A DNA stretch of 64,000 nt from Octopus vulgaris (lineage: Eukaryota): assembly GCA_951406725.2 (NCBI GenBank), contig OX597832.1:37324001-37388000 (forward strand), written 5' to 3'. Positions within the stretch are counted from its first letter, which is position 1, and every line of letters starts with the position of its first letter. The notes beneath the pieces are model-generated. The model had not been told where the DNA came from. It saw nothing but the letters and a program-made list of their open reading frames with translations, and ran no database searches. Below, in pieces: positions 45,185 through 58,415 of the stretch. Made by a program: the position numbers and the translations under genes.

Positions 45185-45405
45185 TGTGTGCATCTGTGTG
45201 TTTGTCCTCCACCACCGCTTAACAACCGGCGTTGGTGTGTTTATGTCCCCGTTGACGCTTCGGCAAAAGTTACCGATAGTATAAGTACCAGGCTTGAAAA
45301 AAATAAAAATAAATAATTACTGGGGTCAATTTATTCGGCTAAAAATCGAAGGCCTTGCCTCAGCAAGGCCGCAGTCTAATGACTGAAACAGATTAACGAT
45401 AAAAT
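44937..45405 (+). mobile_element. SINE family B, full length
   Basis: Same modules as 41388-41842 in opposite orientation. Confidence 0.88.
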
Positions 45406-45464
45406 ATATTGTTTCCCTGGAATGAGTAAGCAGTATGTCTGTGCACTCAGAATAAGCAAACATT

Positions 45465-45680
45465 TTGTGCTGAGGCCATTCAGACATTTTGCCCCACATT
45501 GCATACCCAAAACATTGAGCCAGGTACCCTGGACACTCATATATTGCCTAGCCAGGCCATTCCCACATTATGTACTGGAAGCTTTCAGACATGTACCCAG
45601 GACAACCTCGTATAGTTTATACTCGAAGTATTTAGACAGTACTCATCCTGGCCATTCACACATTATGTACCCAGGGCTAT
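45465..45680. repeat. Degenerate ~22-24 bp minisatellite
   Basis: Variants of tacccaggccattcacacattatg. Confidence 0.65.
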
Positions 45681-46516
45681 GATTTCAAGAGAAAAGAGAT
45701 TTGGTGGAGATTTTGGTGTTAATTCCAGTAGTCTGAATTATCATATATGGCGCCTTCCTTTGTTGAAGGTTGAGTAGCCATAACCGAGAGGATAAGCCAT
45801 ACCCTTAAAGGATTTAGCTTCCTTCCCTAGACTTGTTTCTGAGAAAACGTTTAATTTTTAATCACCGTTGTGTTTCCGTCGTAATAGAATAGACAAAATA
45901 CGAAGTAAGAATCGAAACCGGATTACTAAATTTGTTTAACTAAAAATTATTTTCATCATAAAATCTTCGCTACACTGCTGTCTTAGTAAAGAAAATTAAA
46001 AAAAAGCCACGTTGAATAATGTTAGTCCAAGATGAAGCGAAAACATCGGCGTTGGGAGTCTTCGATCCCAAGTGTGCCAGTGGATTTTGAAACTAAACAA
46101 CAACAACAACGATAATAACAATTGCATCAACATAAGCTACAAGAGCAGCAACAGTAGCATCTCCGTCTCTAGTGGTCATCATATTTCTGGGAAAGGTCGA
46201 TAGGATAATCTGGAACACACTCACCCGAAACCATTATAGAAGAAAGAACCAAGTAATATATTACCAAATTAAATGTGGGAGACCACCACATGACTTTTGG
46301 AGTGACAAAAATAACAGCTAAGTCTTCCACACATAACACCCAGCTTTCATATGTGTGTGTGTGTGTGTGTGTATGTGTGCGTATACATTCTGTAAGTAAT
46401 AATTATAGCAATATTTTAAAAGCTTAAAACTTATAAGCGATCAGCGTAAAGAATAATATTTGGTAAGCTTATAAGCTTAAGCTTAAAAATCGACACCGTT
46501 TACCAAAAATCATTGC

Positions 46517-46547
<31 letters not shown>

Positions 46548-46693
46548 CATGTATATATACTCATGTATATGTGTGTGTCTGTGTGTGTATACACGTACAT
46601 ATATATGAATGTATATATATATATGTATATATAAATATAAATATAAATGTATGTATTTATATATAAATATATATATATATATATAAATGTATG

Positions 46694-46738
<45 letters not shown>

Positions 46739-46783
46739 AAACAAGTTAAAATAGAAAATGCTAAAATAATTTTATAAAGAACA

Positions 46784-46827
46784 TTTCAGTACCGGTTTCG
46801 GTCATTTTGAGACCTTTTCAACTGTAA
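46784..46827 (-). ncRNA. Minimal type I hammerhead ribozyme, U3-A8 variant (left arm)
   Basis: Exact reverse complement of 46961-47004. Confidence 0.6.
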
Positions 46828-46960
46828 CGATTAAATAATTAAATTTAGAAAAATTAGAAGAAAAGTTTTTTTAAAGGAATATTTGTATATTTGAAGACTA
46901 TACAAATATTCCTTTAAAAAAACTTTTCTTCTAATTTTTCTAAATTTAATTATTTAATCG

Positions 46961-47004
46961 TTACAGTTGAAAAGGTCTCAAAATGACCGAAACCGGTACT
47001 GAAA
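46961..47004 (+). ncRNA. Minimal type I hammerhead ribozyme, U3-A8 variant (right arm)
   Basis: ttacag-TTGAAAA-GGTC-tcaaaat-GACC-GAAA-CCGG-TA-ctgaaa. Confidence 0.6.
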
Positions 47005-47111
47005 TGTTCTTTATAAAATTATTTTAGCATTTTCTATTTTAACTTGTTTTTTCATATATATCAACTCGTGTGTTCCTTTTCACCCTTATACATATATATA
47101 TACATATATAT

Positions 47112-48106
<995 letters not shown>

Positions 48107-48138
48107 TTTGCATAGGCTACAGTAGATGACGCTTTCCC

Positions 48139-48357
48139 AAGGCGGTGAACTGGCAGAGACGTTTGCACGCCGGGCGAAATGTTTAGTGGCATTTCGTCTG
48201 TCTTTACGTTCTGAGTTCAAATTCCACCGAGGTCGACTTTGCCTTTCATCCTTTCGGGGCCGATTAAATAAGCACCAGTTACGCACTGGGGTCGATATAA
48301 TCGACTTAATCTCTCTGTCCCCTCTATGTTTAGCCCCTTGTGGGCAATAAAGAAATA
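48139..48357 (+). mobile_element. SINE family A nested in a minus-strand SINE B head (48113-48455)
   Basis: Flanks agatgacgctttcccaag / agaagacgctggcccaag rejoin the SINE B sequence. Confidence 0.9.
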
Positions 48358-49159
48358 AGAAGACGCTGGCCCAAGATGCCGCGCGGTGGGACTGAACTCG
48401 AGACTAAGTGACTTTGGGAAGCAAGCTTCTTAAGCACTCACTCGCGCCCGCACCTATATGTAGTTAAAGCAATCAAATCTTAGAAATCTAAGAAATCAAA
48501 TCTAAGAAGACTTCACAGAAGGAACCGTAAACGGGGTGGATGTTCGGGTGTTAGGAATAAAGAGGAGGAGGAGGAGGAGGAGAAAGAGATTGAGAGAGAA
48601 GCTGGAGGAGGAGGAGGAGGAGAACGACGAGGCGGCTGACTTTGTGATTTTTTCCACATGCAATGGTATCTATCTACCTTTTCTTGCACAAACATCATCT
48701 AACAACGGGAAATTTTTCAGGAATTTTTTCGCGAATCGGAACGAAAATAACGGTTTGTGTTGAGAATGATGAAAAAGATGAACATTGAAAACAGTTTCCA
48801 TGTGTAGATATTGATAAGAATTGACTGCAAGAGAACCGTAGGGGAGAAGATATTCTGCTGAGGCAATTATATGTAAATATTTGGCTTACTTAACACTTGT
48901 GTAATTCAAGCCATCTGCTCAGTTTATAATTTCTTGCTTTCATATCAGACATGAGATACGCTTGATAAATATTTGTTTGGCTTGAGTGAGACGACGACAT
49001 TATGATAACAGGTTTTGTTGCTAACTGTGGCTTGGTGGACAACATTACATTCTTATCATCGATAGATTGTTTCCTTTGGTTCACTGTAAACCAATGGCGG
49101 TGGTGGTGGTAGCGGTGGTAGTGGTGGTGGTGATAATCGTGCTAATACTATTGGAGGTA

Positions 49160-49495
49160 GTAAGGCAGCGTGCTGGCAGAATCGTTACCAAACCAGTCGA
49201 GTACTGGAGTCAGTGTGAACGACTTACTCCTCCCCCAAAATTGCTGGCCTTGTGCCAAAATTTGAAACCAATATTTAAGGCAGTGAGCTGGCAGAATCGT
49301 TATCGCGCCGGCAAAATGTTTATCAGCTTTTCGTCCGTCCTCATGTTCTGAGTTCAAATTCCGCCGAGGTCGACCTTGTCATTCATCCCTTTCGGGGTCG
49401 ATTAAAATAAGTACCAATTGAACCCTGGGGCCAATGTAATCGACTTGACTTATCCCCTAACCCGAAATTGCTGGCCTTGTGCTAAAATTTGAAAG
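49160..49495 (+). mobile_element. Two tandem SINE family A copies with alternative tail
   Basis: Both end aaattgctggccttgtgcYaaaatttgaaa. Confidence 0.85.
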
Positions 49496-49764
49496 TGGTA
49501 GTGATAGAATTGTTCTAGAGTTCGTAGTATGGGTGGTTGTAGTATTGGTGAGAGAGGTATTGGAGGTGGTTATGGTAGTATTAGTAACGGTAGTAGTGGT
49601 ATTGTGGTGGTGGTAGCATTGCTGATGGTAGTAGCAGTGTTGTTGTGGGTAGTAGTAGTAGTAGCATTGATAGTGAAAATGCTGTTGGTGATAGTATTGG
49701 CGGCAGTAATAGGAGTATTGGTGGTGGTAGTAATGGTGGTAGTATAATTGTTTGTAGCGGTATT

Positions 49765-49798
<34 letters not shown>

Positions 49799-49894
49799 CT
49801 TTGTTGTTGTTAGAGGATATTGAAGAAACTGGGTGATGGTGGTGGTGGTGGTAGTGAAGATGGTAGTTGCAGTACGTGTGAGTGGTACACCATT

Positions 49895-50025
49895 GGTGGT
49901 GATGGTGGTGAGTATTAGTATAAGCAGTAGTAGTGGTGGTGGTGGTGATGGTGGTGAGTATTAGTATAAGCAGTAGTAGTGGTGGTGGTGGTGGTGGTGA
50001 GTATTAGTATAAGTAGTAGTAGTTG
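49895..50025. repeat. Three-copy ~46-49 bp tandem repeat within a GTA/GTG low-complexity tract
   Basis: ggtgagtattagtataag repeated three times. Confidence 0.85.
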
Positions 50026-50191
50026 TAGTAGTAGTAGTGGTGAGGATGGGGTGGGATGGTGTTAATGAAGTTGAGTAGTCGTAGTAGTAGTTGTAGTAGA
50101 AATAGTAGTAGCAGTGGTGGTAGTGGTAACAGCAGTGGTGAGTGGGGAATAGCAGTGCTGGTAGTGAGAGTGGGGAATGGTGGTGGTGATG

Positions 50192-50222
<31 letters not shown>

Positions 50223-50664
50223 CAGCAGCAGCAGCAGATGCAGTGGTGGTGGTGGTGGTGGTGATAGTGAAGGTGGGGAATGGTGGTGGTGGTGGTAGCA
50301 GAGGTGGTAGTGGTGGCGAACGGGGAAATGGTGCCAGTGAAAGTGGAGGAGAGAAAGTAAGAGAAATCATATTGTTTACTTTTGTTGTACTTCAACGACG
50401 TAGGAGAGGAGGAGGGAAATGGGATTGGCAGAACTGTTAGAGAGTAAGGCTAAAAATACCACCAAGTATTTGTTCCAGTTCTTTAGGTTCCGAGTTCAAA
50501 TCCCACAGACGTCAACTTTGTCTTTCATCCATCGTGGGGCAATAAAACAGACTAGCAATTAAGAGCTGGGCTGATTTTATCGGCTGTCAATCTCTGCAGA
50601 CATGCAATGGGCTGGCATGATATAGTAAGGCCTATATTCCTGTCCAAACCATGTGGCCTCTTGC

Positions 50665-51158
50665 CTGGGTCGGCTTTAAGCCAATTAGATAGATTAGTTC
50701 AAATTGGGCCCCGCGCACACGCACGAGCGGAGGATGTTAAGATGAATTAAACCTTTTGACTGCATTAAGCAAAAATTTCCACACAGTTCATTTTTATCTT
50801 TCCGTGCGACAAGCGGATTTACCCTATGACCTTAGAAAGACATCTTATTTAACTGCGATTTTATTTTCTACGAAATGAGTACCTGACAACTTTCGACAGG
50901 TAGGGCATCAGAATCAGTTCAGCTCAGTTATCTTAAGGCCTATTCACAAACAACATGTCAGTAATTATAAAACATTATAAGCTTTCAATATTTAGTATAT
51001 CGTTGTGGCTAATAGTGGAGCCTCAAGCCCTCAACGTTTTTTGGGCTGGAACTGGCGTACTACACGAAACTTAAAAGATCATTTTTCAGTATTTGTGGAG
51101 CAGAGGGTCCCTACTGACAATTCTCTTATTGGGCCCCACATTTCTTAACGCAGTCCCT
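50665..51158. mobile_element. Possible hAT-type MITE
   Basis: Degenerate CAGGGCCGGC-like ends (ctgggtcggcttta / taacgcagtccct) with subterminal attgggcccc at both ends. Confidence 0.35.
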
Positions 51159-51358
51159 CCCCCCCACCTGACAAACCGAAGTGATACACAGCTTGGAGAG
51201 CATTGCCATTAAGTCAATTATAGCTGTCTGCAACACAGCACGTCTATGAACACGATCCTACACAAGCATAGTCTTAATCATTCACTCATTTGCACTGAAA
51301 GTGGACAATATTGAAAAAGCTTTTCAACTCTATCTGCCAAACAATATGTGTGAGTATC

Positions 51359-51775
51359 AAGGCGGTGAGCTGGCAGACACGTTAGCATATCGGGCAGAAT
51401 GCCTAGCGGTACTTCGTCTACCGCTACGTTCTGAGTTCAAATTCCGCTGAGGTCAACTTTGCCTTTCATCCTTTCGGGGTCGATTAAATAAGTAACACTT
51501 ACGCACTGGGGTCGATATAATCGACTTAATCCATCTGTCTGTCCTTGTTTGTCTCCTCTGTGTTTAGCCCCTTGTGGGTAGTAAAGAAATAGGTATTTCG
51601 TCTGCCGCTACGTTCTGAGTTCAAATTCCACCGAGGTTGACTTTGCCTTTCATCCTTTCGGGGTCAATAAATAAAGTACCAGTTACGCACTGAGGTCGAT
51701 GTAATCGACTTAATCCCTTTGACTTTCTTTGTTTGTCCCCTCTATGTTTAGCTCCTTGTGGGCAATACAGAAATA
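51359..51775 (+). mobile_element. SINE family A head-to-tail 1.8-mer
   Basis: Full copy to 51591, then restart at internal ggtatttcgtctgccgctacg. Confidence 0.9.
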
Positions 51776-52301
51776 CATATATGGCTGCATGTATGCATTC
51801 ATATATGCATGTATGTGTGTGTGTGTGTGTGCATGCATGTAAGATATACAACTTATTAATGTATCAATATGCGTGTGTTTTTCCGGGCCAACTCCAGTCA
51901 GGGTGTAGCCGGTACAACTGTGCGTGAACTGAAGAGCCGAGATACACCCTATGAATATCAGATGCGGTACTCCTTAAAAAATAACACAACAAACTTCCAT
52001 AGATGATGCTGGAAAGCTTTTTGCTTTTCATCTCGCACTCACAGAGACTCGCACACAGACAGATACACATACACTCTCCCTGTTTCACGCGTGTATGTGT
52101 GTATGTGTGTGTATTTAAAAGCTACTATTTCAAAGGAGACAGCGTAACAGTTAACTTTTGCTTGGAAATCCATGTAAATCCACGTACGTTCAGCTTTCAG
52201 TCAGGTAAAGATCGCGTGTAAAGATTACATATTTTATAATAAGAAGCATTTTTTGTTACAACCGAAGTTCCTATTTTATTTGGTATGAGCATACACACAC
52301 A

Positions 52302-52700
52302 CGTATGTATGTATGTATGTATGTATGTATGTATGTATGTATGTATGTATGTATGTATGTATGTATGTATGTATGTATGTATGTATTTATGTATGTATGT
52401 ATGTGTATGTATGTATGTATGTATGTATGCATGCATGCATGTATGTATGCATGGATGGATGGATGGATGTGAGTGTATGTACGTATGTATGTATGTACGT
52501 ATGTATGTGTGTATGTATGTATGTGTGTGTGTATGCATGTATGTATGTATGTATGTATGTATGTGTGTGTATGTATGTATGTATGTATGTATGCATGCAT
52601 GTATGTATTTATGTATGTATGTATGTATGTATGTATGTATGTATGTGTGTGTATGTATGTATGTGTGTGTATGTATGTTTGTATGTATGTATGTATGTAT
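52302..52700. repeat. (GTAT)n array
   Basis: Direct reading. Confidence 0.97.
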
Positions 52701-52914
52701 ATCTTTCTGTGCATGTATATGTTTACTCTTGTGCATTTTCTTCCAGTTGGGATAATTGACTGGAGACTGTGTTGAATCTCAGCTATCCTACCAACTTACT
52801 TTCAAATATCGGATTTTCCATTCCAAGTAAATACAACAACGTTGCAAACGTTTTGTCTTTACAGTGAGACTGCGAGATGGAAGGTTGGAAACTAATGTTA
52901 ATATTCTTTGCTCC

Positions 52915-53281
52915 TCCCGGCACAAGGCCCGGAATTTGGGGAGAGGCGGGGGCAGTCGATTAGATCGACCCCAGTACGCAACTGGTAATTAATTTATAGA
53001 CCCCGAAAAGATGAAAGGTAAAGTCGACATCGGCGGAATTTGAACTCAGAACGTGAGGGAAATGAGGAGCCTAAAAATATATTTATGGATTTTGATTAAC
53101 AACCCATTATGCTCATAAAGCACATAAGTGGCTGTGTGGTAACGAACCTGCTTCACAATATCATGGTTCTAGGTTCAGTCCCACTGCGTGGCACCTTGGG
53201 CAAGTATCTTCTACTCTAGCCTCCATCCAACGAAAAGCTTCTAAGTGAATTTGGAAGACGAAAACTGAAAGACGACCGTCT
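52915..53281. mobile_element. SINE A fragment (minus, 52915-53055) and SINE B 5' half (plus, 53126-53281)
   Basis: Diagnostic motifs of both families. Confidence 0.85.
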
Positions 53282-53298
53282 TATGCACACACACACAC

Positions 53299-53357
<59 letters not shown>

Positions 53358-53360
<3 letters not shown>

Positions 53361-54241
53361 GGTGCGATGGGTAAATTGTTGCCATTTTATATTTTTAATT
53401 TTGCGCAAGCGCATGTTTGAGTTTGATTTTGTCAACTACACAGTATAGAAGGTTCAGTTGGGCACCGTCTATGAGAAAAACAGCACCATGACGCAATTCC
53501 CTCAGCCAGAAATTTGGATACGACATGCTGTACTGCTTGGCATTCGCGCCAGAAGTTCCATTATGAGCATTTCAAAGTGTTTGGGTGTCAATTTGAGGAC
53601 TGTGCAATCTGAGGACTTGTTCCAAGAGTGACAAAAAACCAAACGTCCAGTCAACATCATGGTGTTTGAAGTGATCGCTAGTGATAGCGACGTTATGCCG
53701 CCAGTCATCTTCCCACACAGCCTCAAACTCAGCACGGAGGCCTACATCAAGTGCCTGGTGGAGGTAGCGCTGCCCTGGGTCAAGAGGGTGGCTGCTGGAA
53801 GACCCTATGTCTAGCAACAGGAATCTGCACCATGCCACACAAGCAGGAGAACCCAGTCATGGCTGTCAGACAATTTCTTCGACCACACCACCCCTAACAA
53901 CTGGGCACCTAACTCTCCAGACTGCAGCTCCCTTGATTATTATACGTGGGACGCGGTTGAGCGAAAGTTCAACAGAAATCCTTGTACAACCAAAAATTGA
54001 ACTGAAGGCAAGAATTATGGCAGCATTCACCAGCTTAAACAAGGAGACCGACCAGAAGAGTTGCAGGAATTTCCAAAATCGTCTGGAGGCTGTGTTGGAA
54101 GCCAATGGCGATTTGAATAAATTTGCTCTTTAGTATTTCAAGATATTTTTATGTAATTTTGGTAAATATCTGTTAAAATGAGATGTGAGTGTTATTTTCA
54201 TTTTTGTGTAATTTAGACGACAATTTATTCACTGAACCCCG
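53358..54241 (+). mobile_element. Internally deleted Tc1/mariner DD37D (maT-type) transposon
   Basis: N-terminal HTH (MTQFPQPEIWIRHAV...LGVNLRTVQ); IMVFEVIASD...PYV*QQESAPCH...WAPNSPDCSSLDY with 37 residues between the second and third acidic positions; diverged TIRs, TA at right end. Confidence 0.9.
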
Positions 54242-54256
54242 TAAAAAATGTGTGTA

Positions 54257-54327
<71 letters not shown>

Positions 54328-54438
54328 ATATGACATAGTTTTCTACCAAATTCACTCACAACATATTGGTCGTGCCGGGGCTGTAATACAAGTTAGTCGC
54401 TCAAGTTACTGCGTTGTGGGATTGATATTACATACATG

Positions 54439-54482
<44 letters not shown>

Positions 54483-54626
54483 GTTGAAAGACGAAAAATT
54501 CGGTGCGTCGAACAATGAAATCTTGTACCAGCTCCGTCTTGGTTACCGTTATACCTGTCTTTATACCTGGTCGACTTCTGACATCCTTCTTCAAGGTTAA
54601 TATATACACACGAATACACACACACA

Positions 54627-54666
<40 letters not shown>

Positions 54667-55107
54667 CACACGCACATACACACACACACACACACACACA
54701 AGCACACAATCATACAAGTATTCCTATCTATACACATACACCCCAATCAGTGTTAAATTGATGTGGGTTATTAAAATATTCTAAAACTGAAACAATTATA
54801 AGCTTCGTTGTCACCAATGGACCAGTTAGCCATCATTATACCATTGAGCTGTGTCTGGACGTCTTCAGACTTAAAAACAATGGTTAATGTGTTTTTAATT
54901 AGGCCATAAAATTGCTAAAATTTCTGTCTAATTCTTTTGCGTTTTGACACCGTGAAATGAAGATGTCAACCAGCAAATCGTTGCAATTAATAATTCTTAT
55001 ATATAAAGGTGTCACAATTATAATACCAGGCTGACTAGGTGTATGTATGTGTGCGTATGTACACGCGAGCGTTTTTCCAATATATATATATGTATACACA
55101 CACACAT

Positions 55108-55156
<49 letters not shown>

Positions 55157-55222
55157 CATACATATATACTTGCAAACATACATATATACATACGCAAAAA
55201 TCGAGTTATGATAATATATACA

Positions 55223-55288
<66 letters not shown>

Positions 55289-55323
55289 CACACACACATA
55301 TATATATATATATATAAATATAT

Positions 55324-55356
55324 GCAGGGGGGGCCCAAAAGTAGGTTTACAGTTTT
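55324..55356 (+). mobile_element. Isolated Tc1/mariner-like TIR
   Basis: cagggggggcccaaaagtaggtttacagtt next to (TA)n; partner TIR not found. Confidence 0.35.
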
Positions 55357-55499
55357 CACGTAGGTACTTTAAATTTCTTATAAAACATTTTATTACATTT
55401 AAATTTCTATCTTACAAACTAAAAAGGGAGTTTGACAAAGGGAGCATAGAATTATGGTTTCCTATTTTATTATAATTAAGATCTAAACTTTTAACACAT

Positions 55500-56061
55500 G
55501 AATACGAAAGAGATACGCAAACAACGAGAAAAACGGAAAACAGGACAAATAACACGGAGAACGACCCTTCATCAGTTGTCGACTGTCTATCTACTCCTCA
55601 TTTCGAGCATTCAAAGACTATAAATCTTCGAAGACAGCTGCTCCCATAAACTCTCAAATAAAAATTAGAATTTATGGAGGGTCAAAGTTGGGAACAAAAA
55701 CAGGACAGTGGTGGCATACAAAGAAGCCGAACGAAAACAAACATGGAGAGTCATTAGACCAGAACGAGAGGAAAATAGTGAACGCTGGGAAAAAATATTT
55801 TTGTTGAAAAGAGAAAAGATAGAAGAGAGTGATAGGAGACGTCCAGTACTTAGAACGCCGTGCAGGAAAAGAAATATGGCCTTGTAAGAAAAAGAAAGAT
55901 GGATGATGGCCACGTGTGAGCAACGAGAGAGAGAGAAAGAGAGATAGATAGAAGACGGTGAAGGGGAGAGAAAGGGAATTAGAGAAGGATGGGGGAGACA
56001 ACAGTATAGAGTCGTATCAAGAAGGTTAAGATAAACTTGGAAATGGATGCGTGGCGTTGAA

Positions 56062-56065
<4 letters not shown>
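55500..56065. mobile_element. Family P diverged copy, module order Y-Z-W-X
   Basis: cttcatcagttgtc..ctactcctcatttcga, purine-rich ggccacgtgtgagcaacgagagag..acggtgaaggg, ends aacttggaaatggatgcgtggcgtt-(TA)n. Confidence 0.65.
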
Positions 56066-56103
<38 letters not shown>

Positions 56104-56925
56104 TGTATGTATGTATGTATGTATATACATGCATATACATGTACGTATGTAGATGTGTTTGTGGGTGTATTTCTCTCTATATATGAATATATATGTGCAT
56201 ATGTGTGTGAGCGTTTCTGTGTTTGTGCGTGTTTGAGTTTGTGTATATATGGTCAACCTTTTGTCTCCCTCCATCTCCCTCTCCCCCTCTGTCTCTCTCT
56301 CCCTATCCTCTCAGTGTCAATACGTTTTATTGTGTACTGACGGACACATCTGGTCAGTGAAATAGCCAAACCATTCATCACTTTTTCAGTGACGTAAGAA
56401 AGATTGATCGATGAATTTCATCAAATCAGGTAAATAACATTCTTCGATTGGCTGATTGGCTGATTGATTGATTAACTGATTGGCTGAGATAAATATCCTA
56501 TTCTTTGATTGATTACTTCAGTGATGGACCAATTCATCGACTGAGATAAAAGAATACATTCGATGACTGACGGACAAATACATCGACTGAGATTAATGAC
56601 GTATTGATTGATAGAGTGAGTGATTGAATTGAGTGAACTGATTTAGCTGTTAGATTTTGAATGCTGCTGATGTGGAGTTTAAATAGGTGCAATAGTAAGG
56701 TACAGATGTGTGAGTGTGTGTATGTGTGCATATGTGTGTGTAGGTGTGTGTGTGTGTGTGTGTGCATAGGGGTACTTTCTTTTTATTTTGGGTGGTAGCA
56801 CTGGTTAACTACCATTCCACAGAAGACTATTTAAAAAAGAAAAAATTGCGAAACCTAGTAACTTATAAAAGCTCGAATAAAACTTAAACGAAGCCGAGTT
56901 TTATAGTCACAGAAATATAAATAAA

Positions 56926-57320
56926 TGTGTGGTAAGAAGCTTGCTTCTCAACCGCGTGTTTCCGAGTTCCCGCTGCGTGGCATCTTGGGCAACTGTATTC
57001 TGCCATAGCTAAAGGAAGCCCGTCGTACATACATACATACATACATACATACATACATACATACATACATCCATACATAGAGAGATACATGTGTGCGTGT
57101 GTATTGTGTGTCTTGGTGTCTGTGTTTGTCCCCCATCACCGCTTGACAACTGGTGTTGGAGTGTTTACGTCTCCGTAACTTAGCGGTTCGGCAAAAGTGA
57201 TCGCTTGAATAAGTACCTGGCTTTAAAAAATAAACTCCTAGGGTAGATTCATTCGACTATAAAAGTTTTCAAGACGGTGTCCCACCATGGCTGCAGTCAA
57301 ATGAGTGAAACAAGTAACAG
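56926..57320 (+). mobile_element. SINE family B
   Basis: gtgtggtaagaagcttgc head through atggctgcagtcaaatgagtgaaacaagtaa tail. Confidence 0.85.
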
Positions 57321-57740
57321 AAAAAAAGAAAAAGAAAAGAAAAGAAGGTACTTTAAAAAAAACATCTCAATTAATTGTAATTTATTCAACATAAATTTTT
57401 CCCCCGCTTCCGTTGTGCTTCTTTCAGAAGATCCCATTTTTGTTTTCAGAACACCGTAGGGTCCGCACCTTTAATTTGGTAGTTTATCTCATCAACACGA
57501 TAAATAACGGTAACGATGCAAAATTGACGGGTATCACTCTAGTGTACAGCGCTAGCTTCAAGTCCTCGCGGCAGTGAGTGTATTTGGTAAGAAATTACAC
57601 AGGTAAGACAGGGCCTTATCTAATGGCCCCTTGCTGAACCTGTTACAAGAACACTGACTTGATGTTTATTCTCAAGTTTGTCTTGATCAAGCAGAGATAT
57701 AATCAAAGTTCTTCCAACTAAAATATTTTCAAACTCCTCC

Positions 57741-57868
57741 ATTTTTTTTGTTGCATGTGATATTTTTTTGTTGCATGTGATATTTTTTTGTTGCATGTGA
57801 TATTTTTTTGTTGCATGTGATATTTTTTTGTTGCATGTGATATTTTTTTGTTGCATGTGATATTTTTT
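57741..57868. repeat. 20-bp tandem repeat x6
   Basis: Unit TATTTTTTTGTTGCATGTGA, five exact copies plus one near-exact. Confidence 0.97.
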
Positions 57869-57869
57869 A

Positions 57870-58081
57870 ATCTTTTATCTTTTACTTGTTGCAGTCATTT
57901 GACTGCGGCCATGCTGGCGCGCTGCCTTGAAGGGTTTTAGTCGAATGAATCGTCACCAAGATTTTTTAAAAAACCTGGTACTTATTCTACCGAACTATAT
58001 TGCCGAACGGGGACGTAAACGAACCAACACCGATCGTCAAGTGGTGGCGGGGGACAAATACAGACACAAAGACACCTCCAA

Positions 58082-58131
<50 letters not shown>

Positions 58132-58415
58132 CCTACACACACACACAGACACACAGACACACACAGACACACAGACACACACACACACACACTCACACAC
58201 GCACACACACACACATATATATATATATACACATATATGAAACAGGTTTTTTTCAGTTTCCGTCTACCCAATCCACTTACAAAGATTTGGTCGGCCCGGA
58301 GCTATAGTAGGAGATACTTACCCAAGGTATTATGCTGCAGTGGGAATGAACCCAGATGGGTGAATCTGGTACCATGTGGTTGGGAAGCAAGCTTCGTACC
58401 ACACAGCCACGCGCC
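57870..58415 (-). mobile_element. SINE family B, full length, diverged
   Basis: tcttttacttgttgcagtc tail to cacacagccacgc head. Confidence 0.85.

Larger units (their letters stand above)
46727..47061. mobile_element. Perfect palindrome (163-bp arms, 9-nt loop), inverted Penelope-type pLTR fragment
   Basis: 46727-46889 is the exact reverse complement of 46899-47061; loop tttgaagac; (TA)n flanks. Confidence 0.9.

Noticed and set aside
51899-51950. agggtgta...CTGAAGA...tacaccct hammerhead-like arrangement
   Set aside because: No GAAA and no stem I or stem II pairing
56447-56490. Clustered inverted CCAAT boxes
   Set aside because: Explained by a degenerate (GATT)n repeat; no promoter context
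57741-57868. CRISPR-like repeat array
   Set aside because: No spacers, no cas genes, eukaryotic context
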